Counted from the first letter of the stretch, positions 1 through 10,134 are shown. The stretch: 64,000 nucleotides of DNA from an uncultured Methanomicrobiales archaeon (GCA_963758915.1 CAVWXH010000010.1:96001-160000); one strand, 5' to 3'. The notes: generated by a model from the letters alone, not told the origin. Made by a program: numbers and translations.

Positions 1-69
1 GTAGCTCAGTCCGGTTAGAGCGCCCGGCTCATAACCGGGCGGTCATGCGTTCGAATCGCATCGGGCCCA
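1..69 (+). tRNA. tRNA with CAU anticodon, most likely tRNA-Ile2 (5' end truncated by window)
   Basis: GTAGCTCAG D-arm, CCCGG-CTCATAA-CCGGG anticodon arm, GTTCGAATC T-loop. The 3' end CGGGCCCA is typical of Ile acceptors, and initiator features are absent. Confidence 0.85.
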
Positions 70-125
70 TTCTGGATGATTTTGTTTTTCAAAAACTATC
101 TATGGTTAACGGTTAACAGAACCGT

Positions 126-1151
126 ATGAAATGCCCCGTATGTGGCGGTGACTGTGTTGACACAGCTCATGATATCCTTCTGACAACAGGGCAGGTATTC
201 TCCCCCTGCCCTGATTGCCATGGCAGGGTCCTGGATAAGAGGGCCCCGTTAAAAAACCGCTTTTACGAGCCGCCATGTTCATGCGGGAAGCGGTTTATTG
301 ACGAAGTTTTTGCGCATAGTTACGTGGTCATGATCGAGGAGGGCCTTTTTTCGGGTTCAGAACCCCTTGCCAGGGTGGGTATGCCGCTCATCCACCCTGG
401 CTTTGTTATGCGTGAGCCCCCGTACCTCCCTGCACGCTCACTGGTGCTTGTATCCGCCGATGTGACCCGGGAAGTGGCGGTACGTCTTGTCAACGAGGTC
501 CCGGAAATCAGGGGGGTGGTCAGGAGCGGGGACTTTGTCCCCGGGATTGCAGGCCCGGGACCTGGCGGGGTGCCCAGGACCTATGACCTCCTTGCCGGGT
601 GTGATGTGCGGGCGAGTATTTTCCCGACCTCCGCCGGGTCACTGGTGTTGTACCAGCAGCAGTCGCAGATCCATATTGAGTTCCCCCGCAATTATAACCC
701 GAAAATCGAGTCAGTCGAGCGAAAAATTACCCTGAATACACAGTGGTTTGTTGACGCTGCATGTGGTGTTGGTACGCTCGGGCTGACCGCTGCACGGCTC
801 GGTGTGCCACATGTCGTAATGAATGATGCCTGGTTTTCTGCCGCGTTCTGGTCCGCATTCAATATTTCTGTGAACAGTGAATTTCTGGCCATTGACGAGG
901 TGGTCATGCTCAGGTCCTACGAGGAGATGCAAGTCCGGCCGGTCGGCCGGATGCCCGAAAAAATAGCGGAAACCCATGGCAGGCAGAGCATCGAGGTGTA
1001 CCAGGGGGACCTCGCGGATCTTTACCGGGTACTTCCCGGCATCCCGGTCCTTACTGCCCTCGATCTCTTTAATAAAGAGGATGCCGGGCTTATACAGCAT
1101 ATCACCACGCTGTACCGGGAGCATGTCAGCGGCGAGGTATTTATCCCCTGA
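126..1151 (+). CDS. Conserved archaeal protein with N-terminal Cys (Zn) motifs and a SAM-methyltransferase-like C-terminal domain
   Basis: CPVC/CPDC/CSC motifs; VDAACGVGTLG SAM-binding motif I. Confidence 0.65.
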   Translation: MKCPVCGGDCVDTAHDILLTTGQVFSPCPDCHGRVLDKRAPLKNRFYEPPCSCGKRFIDEVFAHSYVVMIEEGLFSGSEPLARVGMPLIHPGFVMREPPYLPARSLVLVSADVTREVAVRLVNEVPEIRGVVRSGDFVPGIAGPGPGGVPRTYDLLAGCDVRASIFPTSAGSLVLYQQQSQIHIEFPRNYNPKIESVERKITLNTQWFVDAACGVGTLGLTAARLGVPHVVMNDAWFSAAFWSAFNISVNSEFLAIDEVVMLRSYEEMQVRPVGRMPEKIAETHGRQSIEVYQGDLADLYRVLPGIPVLTALDLFNKEDAGLIQHITTLYREHVSGEVFIP

Positions 1152-1167
1152 AGTGTGCATTAAATAT

Positions 1168-1475
1168 GGGGACTAGCCCGGGTGGCCCGGCGTCACTTGT
1201 AACCCGAAACCGTCGGTATGCGGGGGGCGAAGTTTGAGGAAGGCAACAGCGGGCTGCTGGAGCTGTTAGTATCCTGACGTAGAAGCCTCGTCCTGTGAGG
1301 TCGGTGGACAGGTATCAAGACTCCGGAGGGAGTGGCGACCTGCAGCCGCAGAGACCGGTCCAGGCCCGGAAGGGAGCAGACTTACTGTGGACATTCGGCG
1401 CCCACAGGGTCGCGGGGTGGAGAAAGGGTTCTTTAGTGAAGGCAGCAGCGTATTGTCGACCGATAACGTGTCCCT
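1168..1475 (+). ncRNA. ffs: Archaeal signal recognition particle (7S) RNA
   Basis: Helix-8 motif CAGGCCCGGAAGGGAGCAG (~1361-1379), 5' GGGGAC pairing with 3' GTCCCT, TGTAACC Alu-like motif, ~310 nt. Confidence 0.9.
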
Positions 1476-1492
1476 AATTTTGTGCTACAACC

Positions 1493-2485
1493 ATGTCCAA
1501 AGTCACAATCATCGGTGCAACCGGCAATGTCGGAATGTTCGCTGCACACGCAATATCGGAAATACCCTATGTCAGTGAGATCCTGCTCTATGGCAGGCCG
1601 GGAAGGGAAGAACTCCTTGACGGTATTGCCCATGACCTGATGGACTCTTTTGCTGCCTGTGGAAATTATACTAAAATCGACTGGACGACCGATATTGAAG
1701 AAGTCAAAGGGTCCGAAATCGTAGTATTTACCGCTGGAAACGCACGGCTCCCTGGCCAGACCAGGCTTGATCTCGCACTCCAGAATGCGCACATCGTATC
1801 CGGGCTTGCGGAATCTATTGCGAAGGTCGCGCCCGACACGAAGATCTTTATGATCACCAATCCCGTTGACGTGATGACATCCGTCGCGTTGAAATATTCA
1901 GGACTGCAGCCCCAGCAGGTGTTCGGCCTTGGTACGCACCTTGACTCCATGCGGCTGAAATCGTTGATAGCATCGTATTTCCGGGTACACCCAAGCGAAG
2001 TGCATACACGAATTATCGGGGAGCACGGGGACAGCATGGTCCCGCTCTGGTCGGCGACAACAATCGGGGGCATCCAGGTCAGTAACCTGCCTGCATTTTC
2101 ACGTATTCCCATCCGAGAGATGGTGGAATCGGTTAAAAACAGCGGCGAACTGATTATCCGGGGCAAAGGCTCGACAGTATACGGTCCGGGTGAAGCGATC
2201 GCGACACTTGTTAAGACAATCCTTGGAGACGAGAACCGGATCCTGACGGTATCTGCGTATATACGAAGGGAAGTCCACGATATCGGGGATGTCTGCATCA
2301 GTGTCCCGGCGCGGGTGAACCGCAGCGGCGTATTCCCGGTCACCATTAAAATTGATGAGTCTGAAGTGGTCCAGTTCCGGGAGTCGGTGGAAAAGATCAG
2401 GACAATAACCCAGCAGGTACTCCAGGCACTTGAAAATGAGAAATCCGATCAGAAATCCAGAAATAACGAAAAATCTGTTTCTTAA
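1493..2485 (+). CDS. mdh: Malate/lactate dehydrogenase family protein
   Basis: IIGATGNVG Rossmann motif, ITNPVD, LDSMR, GEHGDS. Confidence 0.9.
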   Translation: MSKVTIIGATGNVGMFAAHAISEIPYVSEILLYGRPGREELLDGIAHDLMDSFAACGNYTKIDWTTDIEEVKGSEIVVFTAGNARLPGQTRLDLALQNAHIVSGLAESIAKVAPDTKIFMITNPVDVMTSVALKYSGLQPQQVFGLGTHLDSMRLKSLIASYFRVHPSEVHTRIIGEHGDSMVPLWSATTIGGIQVSNLPAFSRIPIREMVESVKNSGELIIRGKGSTVYGPGEAIATLVKTILGDENRILTVSAYIRREVHDIGDVCISVPARVNRSGVFPVTIKIDESEVVQFRESVEKIRTITQQVLQALENEKSDQKSRNNEKSVS

Positions 2486-2534
2486 CCAACCAATCGAAAA
2501 AAGATAAGAATCCTGTTCCTGGAATTCTTACAGG

Positions 2535-2792
2535 TTACATCAGGGTAAGTTCAATGATCTCTGCCCGCTCGACGCCTTTCAGGCCGCTGAGTTTCGCCTC
2601 AACGGCATCTGTCTCGCCGCCCTGATCGCCGACCACTACGACAAGTTTCAAGGACTTTAAACCAAAACCGATCGGTTCTTCCACAATCTGTTGTACGCGG
2701 GGGAGGACCCGTTTTATCTCCGCTTTGAGTGCCTCGAGGTCAACCTCCGGGGATTCCGGCATTACCCTGAGAATCAGCGCGACGTCTCCCAT
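2535..2792 (-). CDS. ef1b: Elongation factor 1-beta
   Basis: VMPESPEVDLE, EEPIGFGLKSL. Confidence 0.95.
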   Translation of the reverse strand: MGDVALILRVMPESPEVDLEALKAEIKRVLPRVQQIVEEPIGFGLKSLKLVVVVGDQGGETDAVEAKLSGLKGVERAEIIELTLM

Positions 2793-2795
2793 CGC

Positions 2796-2957
2796 TTATG
2801 GGCCCCCGAAACCGCATTTTGGACATGTATAGGGGATACTCTGTTCTCTACACCGGTAGCATCTCTTGATGCCGTAACCACATGAAGGGCATCCGAATTC
2901 TGTAGCGCCTTCTTCTGCGAGTGGAGCACAGCATGATGTGCATTTCTTGTCTGACAT
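2796..2957 (-). CDS. Small Zn-ribbon protein (DUF1610/COG2888 type), 53 aa, below ORF-track cutoff
   Basis: Manual translation MSDKKCTSCCAPLAEEGATEFGCPSCGYGIKRCYRCREQSIPYTCPKCGFGGP; four CxxC motifs; conserved archaeal position upstream of EF-1b. Confidence 0.9.
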   Translation of the reverse strand: MSDKKCTSCCAPLAEEGATEFGCPSCGYGIKRCYRCREQSIPYTCPKCGFGGP

Positions 2958-2998
2958 GGTAACTCCTGAGATTCCTTATAACTTCTCTTTTTAAACAA

Positions 2999-3589
2999 TT
3001 AAAAGGTTGTACCGATCCTCGTACCCTCTACCCGTTCCCCCCGGAGTAATGCCTGGACCCGTTCGGTCCTTCTCCCGTTTATGATCAGCGTCCTGACGCC
3101 GTGATCGAGGACAAACCGGATGAAACCCGGGTCCAGTTCCCCGGATGTCATGGGCATGGTAACCTGTTCCATGTGTTCACCCCCCTTCATGATACCATCA
3201 ACTGATTTCAGGACCACGAGGTCGAGCCCGAGGCGGTACGCGACCCACGCGGCGATGGTGTCTGAGGTGATATCCCAGTTGTGTGGAAGCGGGTCTTCTT
3301 TCTTCATCAGGGCATACGGGAGTAACACCGTGGGGTGCCCCGGTACCTGCAGGCCGGGACTGGTACTGATCCCGAACGATGCGATATACCAGCCATATTG
3401 TTCCATCCCGAGAACTGCCATCCAGTGGCTCTCATTATCCGGGGCGTGTAATGTCCTTACGAGATTTGTGAACGGCCCCCCGCCGGGAATGATAAGCACG
3501 GGGCAGGGTGATGAAAGGAGGGCGCGGGTGATCCCGGGTACCTGATCGATCAGGCTCCCGCCTATTTTCATCACACAAGGCCCCTTCAT
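2999..3589 (-). CDS. Amino-acid-kinase-fold protein, MfnE-like (methanofuran biosynthesis kinase)
   Basis: KIGGS, PGGGPF, HWMA, WDITSDTIA, KSVDG. Confidence 0.75.
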   Translation of the reverse strand: MKGPCVMKIGGSLIDQVPGITRALLSSPCPVLIIPGGGPFTNLVRTLHAPDNESHWMAVLGMEQYGWYIASFGISTSPGLQVPGHPTVLLPYALMKKEDPLPHNWDITSDTIAAWVAYRLGLDLVVLKSVDGIMKGGEHMEQVTMPMTSGELDPGFIRFVLDHGVRTLIINGRRTERVQALLRGERVEGTRIGTTF

Positions 3590-3641
3590 GGGTAAAGATC
3601 TATATCGTCAGCTTATTAAAACCGGACTGTGACCAGAAATA

Positions 3642-5312
3642 GTGAGGTTCCTCCCGGTATTCCTTCTTTTCTGCCTTCTTATTCCCGGTGTTACGGCCAT
3701 CGCCATTACCGCGTTCTGCCCTGATACGTACCAGAAGGACGACCCCGATGAATATGTGGTCCTTTCAGGAACGGGGGGCCTGGATGGTATTCTGGTGTCA
3801 GATGGTGAGGGGGGTTTCCGGTTCCCGCCGGGATCACGGATAGACGGCCTTATCACCGTTGCGTATAATGGCAGGGCGTATGCCTCTGTGCATGATGAGC
3901 TGCCTGATTTTGAGTTCTACAATTACTCCCCTTATGTTCCGGACGTCATCCCGGCCGGGGCTTTCCGGCTTGCCAATACAGGGGACGAGCTGATGCTCTA
4001 TGACCATGACACGTTGATACAAAAGGTGTCGTGGCCCGCCGATGTCAAACCACGCGAGGGGCAGGTCCATTTCGTGGAGAACGGGGTATGGGATACCCGT
4101 GTCCTTATGCTTGGCCAGTCCCGCATTGCTCCTGCAAACTTTACCGGCGTTTCCGGTGTCTGTTTTGTATCACCTGACTGTTCGCTTGAACTCTATCTGA
4201 ATTGTATTGACCAGGCGAAGTACGAAATCCTCGTGAATGTATACGAATTTTCAAGTCCCGGAATGGCAGATGCGCTTATCGAAGCCCGGAAAAGGGGTGT
4301 CAATGTTACCGTCCTTATCGAGGGCGGACCTGTCGGGGGGATATCGCCGGAAGGAAATGCCGTCTGTGACCTGCTCACCAGGAATGATATTGTCGTCCGG
4401 CAGATGGGCACCACCGGTGACAGCCATGTCCCCTACCGCTATGACCATGCCAAGTACATCGTGGTCGATTCGTTGTACCTTTTTATCACCAGCGAAAACT
4501 TCAAAGGAAACGGGTTTCCTGCTGAAGGCAAATCCGGAAACCGGGGTTGGGGTGTATGCATAATCGACCCCGGGGTTGCGACCTGGTTCAGGGGAGTATT
4601 CCTGACCGACCTGAACGGGAAGGGTATCAGCCCCATGACCGGGAAGACCGGGGCGCCGGAACCTGGTGGAACCCTGCCTCATACCCGGGAATTTTCACCA
4701 ATGCGCTTTGAGGGTGCGAAGGTCACACCGGTACTTTCCCCAGATACCAGTTATCTCATCCCGGAGCTCCTTCGTTCTGCAACAGGTGAGATCGATATCG
4801 AGCAGGCCTATATCAGCAACGAATCGAAAGGTGTTCCAAACCGTTACCTCGCCGAAGCGATCAACGCGTCACGCCGCGGTGTCCATGTAAGGGTCCTGCT
4901 TGACTCCTACTGGTTTAACACGGAAGGAGAGGACGATAACGATGAAATGATGGCCTATATCAACCAGGTGGCAGCATCCGAACACCTCCCGCTTGAAGCA
5001 CGGTGTGCAGAACTGGAACGGAATGAACTGGAGAAAATTCACAACAAGGGTGTTATTGTTGACCGGAAGAAAGTCCTGGTCAGCAGCGTCAACTGGAATT
5101 ACAATTCCCCGACGTTCAACCGGGAGGCCGGGGTCATTATCGAGCAGCCGGAAGCGGCCCGGTACTATACGGCGGTGTTTGAGGATGACTGGGGCCAGTC
5201 CACAACATCCGGTAGGAACCAGGGTGATACCACTGAATACCTGAAAATCGGGATAGCAGTTATGGTGGTTGCGCTGCTATTGATCCTGTACTGGCGAAGG
5301 AAAGATCAGTGA
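3642..5312 (+). CDS. Secreted/membrane-anchored phospholipase D family protein with N-terminal lamin-tail-like domain
   Basis: Signal peptide, two HKD motifs (HAKYIVVD, HNKGVIVD), C-terminal TM helix plus basic tail. Confidence 0.85.
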   Translation: MRFLPVFLLFCLLIPGVTAIAITAFCPDTYQKDDPDEYVVLSGTGGLDGILVSDGEGGFRFPPGSRIDGLITVAYNGRAYASVHDELPDFEFYNYSPYVPDVIPAGAFRLANTGDELMLYDHDTLIQKVSWPADVKPREGQVHFVENGVWDTRVLMLGQSRIAPANFTGVSGVCFVSPDCSLELYLNCIDQAKYEILVNVYEFSSPGMADALIEARKRGVNVTVLIEGGPVGGISPEGNAVCDLLTRNDIVVRQMGTTGDSHVPYRYDHAKYIVVDSLYLFITSENFKGNGFPAEGKSGNRGWGVCIIDPGVATWFRGVFLTDLNGKGISPMTGKTGAPEPGGTLPHTREFSPMRFEGAKVTPVLSPDTSYLIPELLRSATGEIDIEQAYISNESKGVPNRYLAEAINASRRGVHVRVLLDSYWFNTEGEDDNDEMMAYINQVAASEHLPLEARCAELERNELEKIHNKGVIVDRKKVLVSSVNWNYNSPTFNREAGVIIEQPEAARYYTAVFEDDWGQSTTSGRNQGDTTEYLKIGIAVMVVALLLILYWRRKDQ

Positions 5313-5725
5313 ACTGTTGCCTGTCTGGGAGGAAATACATATTGAGAATTGTCCGTTCTGTCCAGTCCAAAGTCTGCGTGGATGGCTCGATGTTGAAAGA
5401 GTACCTGCTTGATGAACCGCTGACCGAGGAATTTTTGTCATTCCTGAAACATTTCGGGGCAGTCCGACTCCTCCCCCTGATGAAAAAGCCTTATTTTTCC
5501 TTCGAACAGGAAGATTTCATATCAATTAAGGGCTTTATAGGTGACCCCGATGTAGAGGTACGGTACCGGAAGGAGTTTCCGGACCTTACCGGGGACTATT
5601 TTCATCTCCTCCTGTTTTACTTTCGCGAAGGAGAGGGTGGGGTTGAAAAATTGCAGGGTATCGGGATGACGATACGGAAAAAAATGGATGTACGCCAAAG
5701 TCGCGATCGTGATATATCAGGTTAG
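5309..5725 (+). CDS. Hypothetical protein (start uncertain)
   Basis: 138-aa ORF overlapping the upstream stop (GTGA), protein-like composition. Confidence 0.55.
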   Translation: MNCCLSGRKYILRIVRSVQSKVCVDGSMLKEYLLDEPLTEEFLSFLKHFGAVRLLPLMKKPYFSFEQEDFISIKGFIGDPDVEVRYRKEFPDLTGDYFHLLLFYFREGEGGVEKLQGIGMTIRKKMDVRQSRDRDISG

Positions 5726-5747
5726 TCAATCAGGAAATGGGTAAATC

Positions 5748-6095
5748 GGCTTTGTAGAACCCCTGTACATTTAAAAAGAAGTGAAATACGGAGACAGGAG
5801 GGGGTCCACCCCCTCCCTGTCCCACCCCCATTAAGATATTCTTCGGGCAGGGTTTCCCGAAGGCTCATTAAATTCAGTGTATTGGGGGATAGTCTCTATC
5901 CCAACCGGGGTCGCCAAAGCGGCGGGGCGGAGCCCCGGGAGCGTGACGAAATTTTGGAATTACCAATCTGCAAGATAGATTTGAGAGGATTTCCCATGAA
6001 AATGCCCGAATGGCCACCAAAATGAAGAGATTTTGAACGTGGCATTTTCATGGTTTGGGTGTGAACTTCCCGTTCATGCATGTTTCTACAGAGCC
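5748..6095. mobile_element. MITE-like element, copy 1 (IS5/IS903-like TIRs)
   Basis: TIRs GGCTTTGTAGAA ... TTCTACAGAGCC; internal ~170 bp homologous to 21257-21513; no transposase. Confidence 0.7.
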
Positions 6096-6208
6096 GAAAA
6101 TACGAATTCTAATCCCATTTCAGCGTCGAAATAACAGAAAAAATCAGGGGTGGTGAAAATGAACTGGTATCCGGTCAGGAATTGCTGTCACAGCCATACC
6201 GGCTATGG

Positions 6209-6511
6209 TTACTTTTTCATTGCACATCTGCAGACATCACACAGCGTGATATGGTCATCTTCTCCGGCCACCGCCATCGCCCAGCGGTCTATCAGGCCGT
6301 CAATGTCCCCGCAGAGCTGAACCTCCGCACCACGCTTTTTGCTCATATATTGAGAGATTGCAGCGCGCGTAACTCCCAGCCGCTTCGCTGCATCGCTCTG
6401 GCTCATTCCCTTGTTGTTTACCAGCCGGTACACCATCTCGGCCCGGATACCCGGGAGGTACTTACGGGCGAGTGAATCGCATTTCATGATGTTGCATGGG
6501 CTTTCGCTCAT
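6209..6511 (-). CDS. HTH transcriptional regulator (archaeal, Cys-containing C-terminus)
   Basis: MSQSDAAKRLGVTRAAISQYMSKKRG HTH; CDVC tail. Confidence 0.8.
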   Translation of the reverse strand: MSESPCNIMKCDSLARKYLPGIRAEMVYRLVNNKGMSQSDAAKRLGVTRAAISQYMSKKRGAEVQLCGDIDGLIDRWAMAVAGEDDHITLCDVCRCAMKK

Positions 6512-6738
6512 GCACACACCATCGTTTGCGCCCGGCCCTGGTAGATGATCTGGCGTGCGTCCCTGAAGTTGAATTTCTCAATGATGAGGTGGTTCTCCTT
6601 CAGCTTCTTCAAGGCATAGCGGACTGTCCTCGGGGCCAGGTTACTCTTCTTTACAATCTCCTTATGGGTCATTGCCCCGCTCTCGTCCAGGAGGGAAAGG
6701 ACGGTTTTCGATGAGGGGGGCAGGTTTGTTCCTGACAT
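6508..6738 (-). CDS. Winged-helix DNA-binding protein
   Basis: LPPSSKTVL...LAPRTVRYALKKL...DARQIIY. Confidence 0.8.
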   Translation of the reverse strand: MSGTNLPPSSKTVLSLLDESGAMTHKEIVKKSNLAPRTVRYALKKLKENHLIIEKFNFRDARQIIYQGRAQTMVCA

Positions 6739-6808
6739 GCATTATATGTTAACACTGTTAACGATTAAAGCTACCGGTTATTACAATGTACGACAATAAT
6801 CTGGATCT

Positions 6809-7171
6809 ATGCTTACCCGGCAGGAACGAAATGCGTTCATCCTTCTCGCAATCGTTACGCTTGCCGTTGTTGCCGGATCCATAATTATTGAATCAGCTGG
6901 GAAATCCGCCTTTTCAACCCGGTATACCAGTACATCGGCCGATGGCTCCCTTGTCCTGCTCGAAGGAAATGTTGACCGCGTGATTGTCACCAAAAACGGG
7001 GCAGACCTGATCCTCGACCTGAATGGGACGTCTGTTTTTATTCCAGCCTCTTCTGCCAGCAGGGTTTCATTGAAAATGGGAGATACGGTCCGGATTTACG
7101 GGGTTGTCCAGACATACCGTGGCGCGAAAGAGATAGTTGTCCAGCAACCCGGGGATATCAGCCTGATATAA
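6809..7171 (+). CDS. Membrane-anchored OB-fold protein
   Basis: N-terminal TM helix; GDTVRIYGVVQTYRGAKEI OB-fold signature. Confidence 0.7.
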   Translation: MLTRQERNAFILLAIVTLAVVAGSIIIESAGKSAFSTRYTSTSADGSLVLLEGNVDRVIVTKNGADLILDLNGTSVFIPASSASRVSLKMGDTVRIYGVVQTYRGAKEIVVQQPGDISLI

Positions 7172-7467
7172 CGGGCCTGCACTGGCACCCAGGTGTAAAT
7201 GAATACCCGCTCCCTGCCATACAAAAAAAGGTGCAAGCACATTCGGGAATAGTGGCGATCAACAGTTGGGATTTTACCTCTATAAGGGAAGAATCGATCA
7301 ACCGAGTTACAGATGCCCTTGACCGCTCAAGGCCGGGTAGTATGAGAACCGGCAGTTAACCCGGCATAACCGGGGGTCGGGGGATTAATATGACGACTTC
7401 GCTGGTTTTCGGAATGAAAAAAAGGGTTTGATCCCTTATTAATTACAATAGTCCCTTGTCCCTGATA

Positions 7468-7923
7468 TTACCAGGACTCAGGGAAGGCCATATTAGTGTA
7501 CATATCTTCAAGTCTTGCCTTGTGTCCCCGTTCCATGTTTGCCAGCTGGGAAAAGAGCAGCTTTGTCTCGGTATCACTGGCAAGGTTTGCGAGCTGGGTG
7601 TAACTCTGCATGGCTTCAAGTTCTTTCTTGATAGCGATAACAATACCATCGATTGGTTTCAGGTCCATGGTAAGGGGTGGTGACGCTACCGCATCGGCGA
7701 TCTTGTAGTCATGTGACGGATCAAATTTCATCTTCGATACATCCTTCGTGAGCATTCCCTGAAGGAATTCGCGGTGCTGCTTTTCCTCCCCGGCAAGTTC
7801 TGCAAACAGTTTCTTGAGGTTAGCATCCTTTACTTTATCGGCAATACCATGATAAAATGTGTATGCCTCGACCTCTCTGTCAATTGCTGTTGAAATAATC
7901 TTCTTCGCATCTTCTGGCTTCAT
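7468..7923 (-). CDS. Ferritin-like/rubrerythrin family protein
   Basis: Duplicated AIxxExxA...ExxH diiron motifs (EEKQH, MERGH). Confidence 0.9.
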   Translation of the reverse strand: MKPEDAKKIISTAIDREVEAYTFYHGIADKVKDANLKKLFAELAGEEKQHREFLQGMLTKDVSKMKFDPSHDYKIADAVASPPLTMDLKPIDGIVIAIKKELEAMQSYTQLANLASDTETKLLFSQLANMERGHKARLEDMYTNMAFPESW

Positions 7924-8320
7924 AGCTCTTCGTTCCTTTCTGTTTAGTAAAGTTATAGATAATTACCATATATAAGTCATTGGTTTTGACCACATTGATG
8001 GCTGATATACCCGACAGGGCGAAGAATGAACCGTTTTTCGCCATTTCTACTACGCTTGGCATGACCCTTGAAAAAGAGGTAATTCCGGAAGAAAACCAGA
8101 CCTACCGGATGTAAAGGGAACACCCTGTCAACCTTGTGTGAGTATCTGGAAATGGAATAAGACTGCCTGACCGGAAGGGGAAGAAAAAACCGGTGTAGTA
8201 CGTGCCAGGCATCAGCGAACAGGCTGATATAGGCCGGCTGGATAATTGTGTAAGGAATAGCGCCTCTATCGCAGACGGAGAGACAATCAAACGAGAACTA
8301 AAAAAAAGACGATTATCAGG

Positions 8321-8488
8321 TTAGTACCTGGGCTGCCTGTGTTTCGGGAGGCATTCCTGGCAATATACAGGTCTGCCTTCGGTCGGCTTGAACGGTACTT
8401 CACAATCTTTTCCACAATCTGAACAGACAACTTTTGTCATTTCACGGGGGCCGTAATTACTCGATCCACCAAAATTTGATTTATACAT
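8321..8488 (-). CDS. CxxC-x17-CxxC domain small protein, 55 aa, below ORF-track cutoff
   Basis: Manual translation ...PREMTKVVCSDCGKDCEVPFKPTEGRPVYCQECLPKHRQPRY. Confidence 0.9.
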   Translation of the reverse strand: MYKSNFGGSSNYGPREMTKVVCSDCGKDCEVPFKPTEGRPVYCQECLPKHRQPRY

Positions 8489-8808
8489 GATATTTCTCAA
8501 ACAGCTCTATTAAAACTGCATACTATACATGCTCCACTAGGATAAGAAGCTCTGTATCAGTACAGATGGTTAACCGCTGGATGAAAAATGAGTATTCAGG
8601 GTTATTATAAAAATTCACTTATTTTACCTGCATTATTTTACAGGGTTAGCAAAGAGACCGCCCTGCTGATGGAAGTTACCTGTGACCAGGGGGCAGTGGC
8701 CCTGATAATCCGTTTGTTAATCCAACGAGACAATACACAGCATGGGGGGGTCAGACCGTACCGGGGAGGCATCATCCCCATGTACCTGGCACGGTTGGAC
8801 CATTGGGA

Positions 8809-10134
8809 TTATTTCTTAATGGCCTCTTTTAACTGGTTGTATTCCTCAAGGCTGATCTCACCCTTTGCCAGCCTGGTATTGAGGATGGCCATCGGCGTTC
8901 CTGTCTCATTCTGGCTTGTCTTTTTCGGCCTGAGGTTCCCTTTCAGACGCTGGAATAAATCCGACAACGAGGAGACCCAGTCGCTCCCGAGATCGTCCCG
9001 GAGTGTATGGTCCTGCCATAATGCGAGCAGTGCTGTGACCAGGGCTGCAATAATGGCAACAACCATCACAACCGTCTGTGACTGCTGGATCCCCGGGGCC
9101 GTCCCGAGTGTGACGATGGTAACGGGTGCAAGAATAAGGACTGCGATCCCGGCAATACTATGGGCTTTGAGCGTCCAGCGGAATGCCTTTGAGAGCAGCG
9201 AGCCAATTGCGAGGGCAAATGCAGACAGCGTGAGATATGATACTAACAGGAGCACCAGTAACACAAAAACCGGCCACGGGCCGCTCTCTGCCACTACAAG
9301 GTTTGTGTAGATAGCCTGGAGCGTAAAGAGGACGAAAAGGAGGCCGATACCGCATAGCACCTGGACGATGGCAATTGCCGCACGCAGACGAAACGGCTGC
9401 GGGATTGAAAGTTTTCCAAGACCGAAATAATCATGGAATACCAGGAGTCCGAGTGGTATGAACGAGATTAAAAGGAAGATGATGGTAATGATGCCGACGG
9501 GTATTACAAGGGCGGAAGAAGGAAGGGCGGATGTTGCAGGCACCTGGGTGCTGCTCACTGGCGTGGTGGCCGTTACCTTCGGTGTCTGGCCCGGGGACTG
9601 CTGAACTGTAGGTGCGGCCGATGATACTGCCTGACTGCCGGGCAGGATGACATTCGCCTCTCGTATTACAGCAGTACCGGGATATACCTCGTTTCCTCCG
9701 TTATAGACGCCTACCTTAACCAGGGTCTTTTTCCCGGTTGCTGATACCACAGGGACCTCCCCTGTCAGGTTGACCAGTACCGCGAGGTCCCGTCTTGACG
9801 GGTACGAGAGTACCCAGCCATTAATATCAACACTATTGCCGTTATCAGTCAGCGGGGGATTTGCATTACCGTCTAACACTGTCGAATATGACCAGCGGGC
9901 GTTTTCAAGGTCGGTAAACATATCGAGCGTGTTGCCGCTCGAAAATGTCATTCCCCCTTCGGGTACGAAATTGACCGCAAATGAAACGGAGACCTGTTTA
10001 GGCGGGACCTGCCCGGAAACGAGATCCCCGGATGGAGAAACTACCATATTTCTGACATTGATTGCTCCTGACACCGACGGGGTAACGAGGATCAGGAGTA
10101 TTAACATACAAAGGTACCATGTAAGTCTGGCCAT
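8809..10134 (-). CDS. Surface/membrane protein: signal peptide, beta-rich ectodomain, S/T/P linker, ~5 TM helices, C-terminal SHOCT domain
   Basis: ILNTRLAKGEISLEEYNQLKEAI SHOCT motif; hydrophobic segments. Confidence 0.7.
   Translation of the reverse strand: MARLTWYLCMLILLILVTPSVSGAINVRNMVVSPSGDLVSGQVPPKQVSVSFAVNFVPEGGMTFSSGNTLDMFTDLENARWSYSTVLDGNANPPLTDNGNSVDINGWVLSYPSRRDLAVLVNLTGEVPVVSATGKKTLVKVGVYNGGNEVYPGTAVIREANVILPGSQAVSSAAPTVQQSPGQTPKVTATTPVSSTQVPATSALPSSALVIPVGIITIIFLLISFIPLGLLVFHDYFGLGKLSIPQPFRLRAAIAIVQVLCGIGLLFVLFTLQAIYTNLVVAESGPWPVFVLLVLLLVSYLTLSAFALAIGSLLSKAFRWTLKAHSIAGIAVLILAPVTIVTLGTAPGIQQSQTVVMVVAIIAALVTALLALWQDHTLRDDLGSDWVSSLSDLFQRLKGNLRPKKTSQNETGTPMAILNTRLAKGEISLEEYNQLKEAIKK

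Noticed and set aside
6745-6765. Tandem GTTAAC sites (also at ~105-118) as a shared operator
   Set aside because: The motif is short and the spacing differs between sites, so it cannot be distinguished from chance
8588-9310. Long antisense ORFs (also 1666-2346, 13424-14158, 45746-46756, 47341-48003)
   Set aside because: They are shadows of well-supported genes on the opposite strand and contain no motifs
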